Below, piece after piece: positions 1-10,980 of a DNA stretch of 33,580 nucleotides. The stretch's first letter is position 1. Each line of letters starts with the position of its first letter. The DNA is from Vermamoeba vermiformis (lineage: Eukaryota), in NCBI GenBank assembly GCA_045837725.1, contig JBEWZL010000029.1, positions 1-33,580 on the forward strand, given 5' to 3'. The notes under the pieces are model-generated. The model did not search any database and was not told the DNA's origin. It saw only the letters and a list, made by a program, of their open reading frames with translations. A program made the position numbers and the translations under genes.

Positions 1-291
1 AAACCAATTATTTATGTTGGAAGCTTGATGGTGTGTTTTGTTTGTGTTTTTAATTCACAACTTGTCCCCTGATTGATCAAGGGCGGCAGTTCCTGGCACG
101 CTAGCATTAGTAGCACTCTCTATGGCAAAGAGAGTGTCTTGAGTGCTATCGTCTACTTGTAAGCTCCTTATTTGATCCGCTCATTCCGATCCTAGTTTAA
201 TCTGCTTTTGTTAAATCAAGGACAGACGAACTGATGCGCCAAAAAAGATTGCAGATCTTCGTCCATCAGTTTTGTAGCAAAAAATTGTTTA

Positions 292-2184
292 TTATGACCG
301 AAAGTCTTTGGAAGCCAAGCGAGTTAATTTTTCAATGAGCAGATGATTCTTCTCGTAGAGTTTTCTCGCTGGTTTCGAAATGAAATATAGTGTTTGCAAG
401 GTGGTCAGTTTTGTCAAGTGAATTCCTTTGACTTTATGCGATCTTCTCATATTAAGCACTTTCAAGTTTGTTAATACTGAAAATGACTCTATAATGTCTT
501 CGGAGTCCACTCGCCAAACATCCAAATGTTCCAAGTTGGTCAAACACGTCACCCAGTCCCATAATCGATCCGATGAGACTTGTTTCGAGAAAGCCAACTT
601 TCGTAATTGCGTCATGTGACTTAACACATAGGGATTTTGGCTGAATTCTTCGGCGGATAAGTTGATGTCGATGCACGTTAATTGAGTTAAATAAGATAGT
701 CCTTCGTATAGTGTTTGCGAAGTACAACAGCCAAGAAGTAGTGCTTCCAAATTGGTCAAATTGCTGAACGTCAGATCCGGATGCGTGTAAGTGACATCAG
801 TGTAGTGTGTAGTAAATTTGAGCTCCTTTAAGTGCGATAAGTTATTCAGCACTGTAAATCGACTTGAATTTGGTGTTTGTGTTAATAAATACAAGAAGGT
901 CAAGTTCGTCAAGCTCATCAGTGCATCGTAACTTTTTTCAACTTTTCGGACGTTTTGAGTAAATTCGCTTATTCGAAGCTCTCGTAGAGTTTGAAGTGTT
1001 GATAATAGATCCGCATTGAAGAATTCCTCTGCGTTGATAATCTCCAATCGAGTTAATTTCTGAGAATTTATGAATTTTAATCCTTCGCTGCCCACACTGG
1101 CCCCAACGTAATGAAGCTGCAACTCTTCCAACGCTGTCAACGATGCTAAAAATGAATAGTTCTCGTTCTTTGTCCGCGGCATTAGGAGTTGCTTCAAATT
1201 TTGAAAAACGGATAGCTGGTCAATAATGTCTCCTCGATCCACAAGAGAAATTCCGATCAAGGACGTCAATCGAGTCAACAGAAGTATATCGTCTTGTGGA
1301 AAGCCACGACATAATTCTAATCGTTCTAGACCCGTTAAATATTGAAATATTCTCGGTAAAGTTCCGTCTGCAATTTGATAATATTTCATCGCTTTCAAAT
1401 TTTTGAACTGAGTCATCAAGTTGGCGCAATCTGATGAGACTTCCATTTGCGATACTCCGATATCAAATTTGGTTAATAAGCTAGGGTTGGCGACTAGTTC
1501 AAATGGATTTCCTTTGTATTGATATAAGCCGATTGCTAGCTCGCGCAGCTTGGTGTAAAGTGTGAGGTGAGCACGTGTTTTTTCGTTGCCAAACACGATT
1601 GATGTCAAGTTGGTAAATTTACCATCATTAACGTGCGCTGGTGATAAACGGAGTAAATTTGTCAAACTCGTTAGTGTTCCTTCATTTTTGAGACTGCCAA
1701 GTGATCCTAGGCTGAATTTGACTGATAACGATGTCAGATTCGTCAACTGAACCAGATGCTGAACTGGATAATCTTCTAATTTGCCTATAACGACCTTTTC
1801 TAACGATATTCCTATTGATCGATCTCCGTATAGTTGCTGAAAATGCTGCACAATGTTGGGAAGTGTTTTTGGTCGTGCAAAATAAATTGTAAATTCGTCT
1901 AATTTGATGTAATTGAACCAATATTTGTTCGTTGATCGCAGGATGCGTTTTGCTTTAATGTTCATAAACGACCTTATTAACTCGATGATCTCTTGTGGTA
2001 AGGTATCGCGGATGTAGTCCTGTGGCGAAAAATATTAGAAAATAATTCAGGAAATTAATTTCCACCGTTCAAATAAATCAATTAATACTCTGCACGAGGG
2101 GTGCGAATTTATTACTTCAATAAAATTGTTTAAAAGACTACTATTACGGATGAGTGTTGCATTATCGGTCCGATAGCTTACCAT
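292..2184 (-). CDS. F-box + leucine-rich repeat protein
   Basis: ATG-only exon 2182-2184 (ATG|gtaagc), intron 2020-2181, then exon 292-2019. N-terminus MDYIRDTLPQEIIELIRSFMNIKAKRILRSTNKYW is F-box-like, followed by many LxxLTNLxxL repeats. Confidence 0.85.
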
Positions 2185-2472
2185 GATGATTCCGATTAAT
2201 AAGATGCCGTACAACAAAATCAGTTTCGCAGCGGACCGAATGGTGCTGTTTCTGTAAAACTGTGGAGGAAAATAAAAGCGAGGTGTTATTTTTCAAACAA
2301 AGATTCTATGAGACCACTCATCATTATCTCAATAACACCTCTTTAACATATCGATCCGCTTGTATAAGAAGACGAACCCGGGACAGTGCTGCTAAACCAA
2401 AAAAAATAATTAATATGACCAGTAGTGCAGATCCACATCCACAAGTTAGGTTCAACTGTACACGACTTTATT

Positions 2473-4188
2473 CTACTGGAATGACACTACAATGCGACCA
2501 TTAGTGCCGTTTTCTTTGCCCGCAACGCCACCGTCACCAGCACCTTGTCTGTCCGCGTGCTCTGCTTCAGCGGGCACGTGTGCATTGCCAGCCTTGCTGT
2601 AGCTCACAGCTGCATCGGCCAATTCGCTCACGTAGCCTGCGCCACCACCGCCGCCGAGTGCCCAGAGACCACCGCCTCCGCCGCCGTAGCCACCGCCGCC
2701 ACCGCCACCGCCCATGCGATGAAGTGTAGCACCGTCGCCACCGTGCTCAGCTGTGGCTGGTCTGCACTGCGAGGATGAAAGTCCGCCGCGACCTCCACGT
2801 GCACCGCAGCCAGGTACTCCGCCGTACGTGCCGTTGAATCCGTCTTGACCGCACTCGCCACCGCCTGCACCGCCGAAACAGAGGCCCCAACCGCTGTTCA
2901 TGAACGATAATTAGCGTCGATTACTCGGGCATGATATTATACATATGATAGTGTAATATGATATTGCATCTGTGCGTCGTTCAGCGAACACAAACACGAG
3001 ACCTAACACTCATAAAATTTCGTTGTGTAATTGATATTGTTTGACTTCTGAGTGGTGAGTCGATCACGTGGCCATGCTTGTATTCACTGAAATAACCGTT
3101 GCACTTACCCTCCGCCACCGCCTCCGCCAGCAGCAACTGCGAGACGAGTTCCGTCGCGTGTCCGAATGTCCGAGGCACCGCCGCCTCCGCCTCCGCTGTG
3201 ATCTCCGATGCCTCCTGTGCCGCCTCCGTTGAATCCTCCGTACGATCCGTCGCTATTTTTAGCTCATTAGCAAAAATGTCAATTCCAAAAATAAACGCCA
3301 ATTCAATATCAACGAAAGGTATCAGGACATAGAAGGTGTAATTATTATAATCCCTAGTATATATAGAGAGAACTTACGCTCGTGATTTGCCACCACCGCC
3401 AACGCGGAATCTGAAAATATCACCTTCTTTGACGGAGATTGTCATGGTAGTAAAGCCTAATTAAGCTATTAATTATGGTATTAATCAATTAAACGTCATA
3501 TATTTGAATGAAATTAGCAGAATTTAATGCTGTAATATTGCAATTTAATGAAGGGACACTTAGAATCCGTTGGGACCAAAAAAATGAATTGAAATTGACA
3601 ATGGACTTACCACCAGCACCTCCGTTATTGTTGTTTTGGCTATTAAGATAATCAAGGCCAGCATCACCACCAAATCCACCGCCAGCACCCCACATTTTGA
3701 CTGTCATTTTTGAGACGCCAGCAGGGACTTTATAAACTACTTCATGGCCTGAATAATTTAATACGAATGCTTTGTCGCTAGGCAATACTGGAATTTTCTC
3801 TGGTAAACCGCCGTCGGCTGATAAAATTGGCACAATTTCCAACAGATGTGCTAAAAATTCAATAAATTAGTTTTTGATGCTCTAAAATATGAATAATATT
3901 ATTTAATAACGTAGTATATTTTTTGATAGATAAATCAAATTTTTAACCAATTTTCTTACCCAACACTGGTAAGTTTTTGCTAGCAGCCTCAGCGTTCAAT
4001 CGTTCAAGCAATTCAGGATCCAACTTGGCCAACTCGAGCACTAATTTATGCTCCTTAATAGTAGAAGGGCTCTTTTGTTGCTCGAGAAGCTCAAGAGATG
4101 ACGTTAACTGAAGCAAAAAGTCATCGAGCAACGCGTTCGTTTTTTCCTTCAACGAGGTTGCTGCACCTACAATACTGCTCTTCTCCAT
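2473..4188 (-). CDS. Glycine-rich domain protein (ALK/LTK GRD-like) with N-terminal helical region
   Basis: About 5 exons (~3960-4188, ~3611-3850, ~3378-3457, ~3109-3253, 2473-~2893). Spliced product has VVYKVPAGVSKMTVKMWGAGGG, ISVKEGDIFRFRVGGGG, GGGGASDIR, LAVAAGGGGGG and final GRIVVSF, typical of the Gly-rich (GRD) fold. Confidence 0.75.
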
Positions 4189-4398
4189 ATTTTACAAATA
4201 CAGTATGAACTGAAAATTTCGTTTCACGACCAAATTCTCCAATCAAACTCGTTCATGAAAAATTGTCGAATAAAATTGATAAAAATTCTGCGCTCCTACG
4301 CTAGGTGCAATATTGCAATTCAAAAATAGAAATTAGTTTATTATGCATTTTAACGCGTTGCAAGCAAAATTTACAAGGAATTATTAGGCAGTCCGATC

Positions 4399-7300
4399 TT
4401 ATTTGTGATCCCTTAAGAACTCTAACCAATGAGTCATTAGTGTTGAAGTTACATCTGCCACTGCTTCGTCGTACAATTCTGAAAATTGACGCGTAATATC
4501 TTTCGGCTCTGTTGCCTGCAATTTCTCATCTGAAAAAAAACGAACGATCAGCTTCAAAACTCCAACAACATCGCATATCCATAACATATATATATATATC
4601 TTTAGTTCTACGTACTTATATCTTGCAGATTTACAGTGGGACTAAATGCCAGTTGTTTTGCTGCTCCATCTTTTACAAACGTTGAATAGATCAACAAAGC
4701 GGTATCTAATACGCATCGTTAGCAGTGCTATAAATGGTCGATATAATCGTTTATAAGTGACCTACCTTTAATAGCCCTCAAATTGTGCGTGGATCTGTCT
4801 TCGAAGATGAATCTCTTGAACGTGAAACACAAGCCATAAAACTCCAAGTTTTCATCGCAATACCTTTACACGAAGATTAGTGTCAATTATAATTGCAATC
4901 CTAAGTTAATATGACGAAGCTGCTCACTTTTTCTTCAGATGCGCGTCGAAATCGTTGTATAATTTCGTGTCGGTCAAAACATCGTTCAGCGGAATTCTTT
5001 CGCCAGGAACACCCGCCTATAATACAATCAGTCATTTAACAATCAAAACAGAGCATTTCCATATTTGGAAATAAAACGTACTGGTTTCAAAAACTCGGCG
5101 AGTACTACCGAATTCGAATGAGCAGGACTGCCTAAAATACTATTGAGCCATTTTCTCAGCCACAACGCCTGATCGACAATCGATTCTTTGGTGAAATCAT
5201 TCGACACCGATTTTGTTAGCTTGCGCTCGAAGGGAAGAACTGGATTCTTCTTCGAAATCGCCTCGAACTCCTTCATCATCTGCAGTTCCATATTAGTATA
5301 TTAATACAAAGAGTAAGATTGCGTGGCTTACCTTTGCTTCTAATTCGCAGAAATGATTGAACGTCCTCGTCACACTCACGTAGAAAACACCTTGCTTCAG
5401 TACTTCGATTTTGTATTTCTAAATAAGGAAGTGTAATTACGATATGTCCCTCTTCTAGACTAGCAGAATACTTACAACATAGACATCGTCCCCTTTTGGC
5501 TTCACGATTGTCGCTCGTTTAAACTCGACGGTGACTCGCAGCATCTATGTTGAGGTATTAATAAATGTTAATTATGGTGCGATGATAAAGGTACCTTATT
5601 TAACTCTCTATCAGCTCTTCGTTGCAAAACATTAATCTTCGTCGTAATTCTTTTCAACCGTCCGACTGCTTCTTGCAACGACTCAAACTCTGGATTGGTC
5701 GAACCCGTGTTTTTCATCAATTCCTATTCAAGATTATATCAGCATTAATGTTATATTATAATCATCATGTTCTTACATTTGCGAGCAAAATGTATCTCGG
5801 TGGACGTTGCACGGGCATGATCAAAAAGTCCTGCAGTCTTCGTCCGCGCAGATCTGGATTCTTTTCTCGCTCATCGAGCCACACTTCGAAATTACGGTTC
5901 TTTTTTATCAATTGTTGCAGCAAATGATTTGCGCGAGGGAAGTTGTTCGTGTACTTTGCAAAAACTTCAAATAGATTGGCTCCCTAATTTGCAAAATGTC
6001 GTCGGTGAGCATTACTTAAAAAGGAAATGTTCGATAACAATCAACTTACGGCACCAGAGAATACGGATTTGAAAGTTACATCAGCCTTATTATCCAGGTA
6101 ATCTTTGATCGCTGCAACCAGATTCGTTGAAAACGCAGCAACTTCTTCAATGTTATTAAACAACGTGTCTAAGTCATTCTTGTTGCCAATTATAGGCACG
6201 CGATTATCGAGTGATTGGTACAACGGTCGAACGAATACCTGCAAAGTCAATGCGCCCGATCAGAATAGCATGTTCACAAACATAATATAATGATACATAC
6301 CGTAATGAAGATCTGCATATCTTGACACAATCTGTTTTCAGTCTCGTACAGCTCTCGACGCACTTTGTCCCTGTCAGGTTTGTCCACAAGCAAAACACCG
6401 CCTGAACTCGTCAAATTGGGACTCGATGGATTTGATCGCACTAACAAGAATTAATTGTTAGTAAATTGAGCATAATATAAGACGAATGCTTCTGATCCGG
6501 ATCAGATCCACTGCCTTTAAACGAAAAACTGTTTCTTGAATATTTCACGCGGCAAAATAAATAAAATATCTATAATTTGTGCCCAGCGAAAGTTAATGCA
6601 TTTATCTGAGCTCAAGTCTCAGACTACGTACCAATAGCATCACTCGAGTCTCTCCTCGCAGGTGTACCAGGCGCAGAAGACCGACTTGGACTCCACGCGT
6701 GATGTTGCACTTTAGGACTTGAAGGAGCACTAGCAGGACCTGACGATGCGTGCTGAAGACCCGCTGGTACGTGACGGCGCAATACTCCTGGAGAACTCGA
6801 TACTCGCTGTCCTCCGATTTCTAAATAAGGATCGTATCAATATTAATAAATCGCCCGAAAACAACACTCTAATTTTTTTTGCAATAATTTGTACGGATAA
6901 AAATTTTAGTTTGGGAATTTTTTAGTTCGCTGTATTATGGCAATAATGTACTACTTACTAAATTCTGACAACGATCTAGTTAATTTTGGAATTTCTTGTA
7001 CGTCGGTTGCGGATTCATCCAGTTTCTCGCTTTCGTTATTTTCATCGCCAATACTCTCACTTCCAAACTCCGTATTTGACTTATAAGATTCTGAGTTACC
7101 AGAACTTTGAGAACCAAATGTATCGCCATTATTTGAATTATTAGTGTTATTTTCGGATGCGTTGCTCGTGATCTTCGTTTGTCTGTAAGCACTGACTGAT
7201 ATTCTGCCCCTTGAGCGTGGTCCGCTGTTATTAGAACTGTCGTTTGCAAAAGAGCCGGTACGAGGAGATACGGGCTCCTCATCTGAAAGAGCTCCTTCCT

Positions 7301-7466
7301 CATCTGAATCTGGAAAAGGTGCAATTCCAAAGGAAGACTCTGTTGCTCCTGCATTACTAGGCTCTAAAAATGATACCACCAACTCTTTGTCGCGCTTATC
7401 TATCGAGTTGACTCGTCCTTTGAGCTTTCCTTTGCTCAACGATCTCGTTAGCCGTTTTTCAGACAT
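4399..7466 (-). CDS. RhoGEF (DH)-PX-RGS multidomain signalling protein
   Basis: About 13 exons spliced in frame. DH motifs RDKVRRELYETE, LFNNIEEV, LQDFLIMPVQRPPRY; PX motifs VKYKIEV, TRTFNHFCELE, LRKWLNSIL; RGS motifs FDAHLKKKYCDENLEFY, IYSTFVKDGAAKQL, TLMTHWLEFL. Ser/Asn-rich N-terminus; stop at 4399-4401. Confidence 0.85.
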
Positions 7467-7793
7467 TTAAATAAATAATACTATTATATTTCTATATTAC
7501 ACTATAAACATCGATGTTGCTTCAAGCTAATTTTACAACGAATTGTAGAAATTTGGCTAACGGTACAAAAATACTGGTCAAAATTTGGTCAAAGTGCTAT
7601 TGAAGCTAATTACGCACCATCTGCAGCAAAATCGAGATGATTCACCATTGGGTATTAAGCAGCCTAAACTAGAATATTTAAATATATTTTTGGACCTAGC
7701 GAACGAAATCTGGTAAGTTTTCTCGAGTAGTTTAAACGTAATTGGGTTTATATTCACAGTAAATAACAATTTTGCGTAAGAGTGAAATAGATC

Positions 7794-8619
7794 TTAAAGT
7801 TTAGCAGCAGTAGGAGCAGGAAGGGCTGCTTGTTGAGCGGCGTGTTCTCGATCGTACCTGCACAACGTTAGTACTGTTCGAGCTACACTTGCTGATACTT
7901 ACTTCACCTTTCTGTATACGTTATATCCATTAACAGAGAATAAAGCCAAATTGACAGCGCACAAGAGCTCCGATCGAGGAGAAATAATTAAAGCGTAGTA
8001 AGTCCAAACGGCACCAGTAAATGTCAAAGCTATACATCAACATGTTGTTAAGGATTATGTTCGCGCGAATTTAATCGAAGAAACGTACCAAGCGATTGGT
8101 TAAGATCGAGATCTTTAGCGGCGGGTTTGCCAGTGAAAACTCCGTACAAAGGCATAACAGAAAGACCTAACATAATGAATATGCGATCAATATCGTGCTT
8201 TTTTTAGAAGGAATATTAATCGGAATCTTACCCCACTTGGCGAGCTGTAAGTTTGCAAGATGACACGATCTGTTAGTTAATTGCAATAAAATAATTGTAG
8301 AATTATACTTACAGGAGCCACATTAAGCACTATAATTAATTGTATTAGATATCAACGTCAGATTATGCATACTGCTATTTATTTACGATAACGAATAATT
8401 AAGCAATAAATGGATAATAATTTTCTTACGCAAAATAAACAAATGAATTAATGCTAATTTATATATTATCCGGCAATACTTACCGTTATTGAACCAACCA
8501 GTAACTGGATTCTTGTCGAGAGCGTCGCCAACTTTGCCGCCAATAAGACGTCTAGTGCCCAACATTCCCGTTCGGGCAAAAAACGCGTCTAATTTAGTCT
8601 CAAAAGCTCTCCAAGCCAT
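7794..8619 (-). CDS. Mitochondrial pyruvate carrier subunit (MPC2-like)
   Basis: Exons 8484-8619, 8313-8329, 8232-8244, ~8089-8166, ~7903-8029, 7794-~7857 give NVAPLAKWGLSVMPL...DLNQSLALTFTGAVWTYYALIISPRSELLCAVNLALFSVNGYNVYRK, matching the MPC family APxxKWGL / QS-AL--TG-IW / P-N-LL-AVN pattern. Confidence 0.8.
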
Positions 8620-8735
8620 ATTGCGTGCTTATTATTACAAAGTGAAATAAATCATTAAATTTTCAGACCAACGACTTTTCACCGTAGAATCTTTTCAGTT
8701 CAGTTCTATCTAACTTATATAACCACATATTCAAT
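8620..8735. promoter_or_regulatory. Probable bidirectional promoter between the two MPC genes
   Basis: Only 116 bp separate the two divergent start codons (8619 on -, 8736 on +). Confidence 0.6.
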
Positions 8736-9755
8736 ATGAGTCGAGGTTGGGTTCAATTTGTTGGTTTGATCGGAGCAGGTAAGTCTAAAGCCGTAACGGA
8801 TTTGTTTATCAATTTCGCCGTTATCGTTGCTTAACAAGAATCGGCTAAATATTTAATTTTAATAATTACTATGAATCATCAATAAGATATTTATGGTGCT
8901 AATACTGAAAGATCCACGTCACAGTCCGATTTTTTATTTGTTTATTTAATAATTGTGACTTCTTTGATTTTCGAGTATTTAACGAGCTGTATCTAATGTA
9001 TATATTTTTAGTTGCTAACTGGGGTATTCCTGCTGCCGTAAGTAGTCGATAAGCTATTACTGGCCAAGATCATGATTTTTAATTTCTAAATTATTAACAG
9101 GCTATTAGCCATGCAATTGCTAACAAAGACCCTTCAAAAATTGATCCTAGAATGACCTCAGGTACGAGCAATTCAAAGCAAACCTTTTGTTCGCAGTCCG
9201 TCAGATCTCTGATTTTTTCGCTAGATCTGCTCTTTTACTCGTGTAACTACTAATATCCGTGTTTTATTATTAGTTTTGACTGTATATAGCGTTCTTTTCA
9301 TGCGATGGTCATTGGCAATCTCACCGCCAAACTACCCTCTGTTTTTAATGCACGTTACAAACATCTTTGCGCAAGGCAACCAAGTGCGCCGTTACTTGAC
9401 GTAAGTCTATAACATAATAGAGCTATAGTGGTGTTATTTAGTGCACGCAAATTATCCCAAAACTTTTATCGCTGTGTTGTGAAGCGGGTATGACAACGGA
9501 TTCTGGATGTATTTTGATTGCCTATGATGAATTGGTACTCTTGATACATAATGATTTGCTTACAATTTTACCAGGCATTCTGAGGCTATTCAAAACATCC
9601 TTATTATTGTTCATAGCAATTCACAAAAAAGGAATTACGGATCTTTTTCTGTTTCTTCAATAACCCTTTGCTTTTTAATATGCTCAATTTAGCTTTATTT
9701 TTGCATTTATTGACACTATTTTTCATCAATTAGTGCTCCTAAGACCTCTGATTAA
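8736..9755 (+). CDS. MPC1: Mitochondrial pyruvate carrier subunit 1
   Basis: Exons 8736-8778, 9012-9037, 9101-9161, 9274-9400, 9734-9755 give VANWGIPAAAI...PRMTSVLTVYSVLFMRWSLAISPPNYPLFLMHVTNIFAQGNQVRRYL, which carries the MPC1 ANWG.P.AA, FMR and P.NY.LF..H..N signatures. Last exon less certain. Confidence 0.88.
9520..9586 (+). ncRNA. Intronic box C/D snoRNA candidate
   Basis: In the long last MPC1 intron: terminal stem GCC/GGC, box C ATGATGA (9524-9530), D' TTGA (9541-9544), C' ATGATTT (9551-9557), box D CTGA (9580-9583). Confidence 0.72.
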
Positions 9756-9974
9756 GTACCAGCGCCGGTAAATAACATTTTTGTGGATATCTAAACTAGA
9801 CTGTTACAATAAACTACTTTATGTGTATACCATTGAACAGAGCTCTAAATGTCTTTATTTAACTTTCTGGAGCTATTTTTAATTCGTCGATCGTGATCCA
9901 CCGAACCAAAAAAAAGGCGGTTCATTGGTTCTAAATTCCCAACGAAGAAGACAACACCTCGTATACTTCTCAAC

Positions 9975-10828
9975 ATGGAGGCATTATCAAAGATGGACTT
10001 CCCTACGCTGCTTGGCTTCTCCGAGCTCGGCATCTTGGCGGTAGTGGCGCTTGTTGCAACAGCCATTTACACTAAGAACAAATCCTTCGGAACTAAATTA
10101 ATATTTTTGTGGTATTTTTGGGACTTAGGAGTGCACGTCCTTGTCGAAGGCGCCTTTTTGTATTTCCAATTCAATGGCCTCGTAGATAAATCGGATCACC
10201 CCTTGGCCGGTCCCTGTAAGTAATTTAGGAATATTTAAATATTATTCGGTATTATCACCGTAAAAATAAATTAATTTCGCGTGTCAAAGATATTTTTCTG
10301 ACCCCGATAATGCCGTTTAGGGAAGATCTATGCCTCCACCGACTATCGTTGGGGCAAATTCTTCGATTCTACCGTCATTTCCGTCGAGACGTAAGTATAG
10401 GACCAGTATAACCAATAAAGGAAAGAACGATTATCTAATCCGTGAATGCAGCTTGACCGTTTTTGGTGTCTCACCCTTGTGCCTTGCGATGCTCTATGCT
10501 GTAAGTATTACCTCGAAGACACAATATATAGAGCTTATCTTATTAATGATATCGTTAGACCGTCAAGAACCCTTGGTGGAAACACTACATCCAATTAGTG
10601 CTCTGCACTGCCGAGTTGTACGGTGGTTGGATGACCTTTGCACCTGAATGGTTCTCTGGCAATCAAAATTTGAACGCTAGCGATCCCTTCTTGTTCTGGT
10701 TCTACTTGGTGATCCCCAACGCCATCTGGGTCGTTATTCCTTTGATCCTGATGATTCAGTCCTGGTACGAATTAAAGCACGTGCACCAAGCATTCAATGC
10801 TAGCAAGCCTAAGCCCAAGCGCGCTTAA
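9975..10828 (+). CDS. Emopamil-binding protein family (EXPERA) membrane protein, EBPL/sterol isomerase-like
   Basis: 4 exons (9975-10216, 10321-10390, ~10452-10500, 10559-10828). Motifs HVLVEG, WKIYASTDYRW, VISVE, LCTAELYGGWMTF, FWFYLVIPNAIWVVIP. Confidence 0.88.
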
Positions 10829-10980
10829 AGACTCAACGAGATCCGAACAGAATAAAACAAGACCTCTGTTTTTAGATAATACTTTTTATCTATCGCAGTT
10901 CAGTACTGTTATTATTACAATACTTCACAAATAATACAGCTATATCACAAAATTAATAAGAGACCTACGATTAGACTCTT

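Noticed and set aside
225-271. Hammerhead ribozyme (GACGAA-CTGATG...TTCGTC)
   Set aside because: The core reads CTGATGC rather than CTGANGA, and there is no properly placed GAAA or stem II.
2545-3332. Ala/Ser-rich + strand and alternative-frame ORFs
   Set aside because: Antisense or out-of-frame shadows of the GC-rich glycine codons.
2473-7466. A single giant DH-PX-RGS-Gly-rich fusion gene
   Set aside because: The RGS exon ends in TAA at 4399-4401 with no splice donor, and a separate ATG opens the next gene at 4188.
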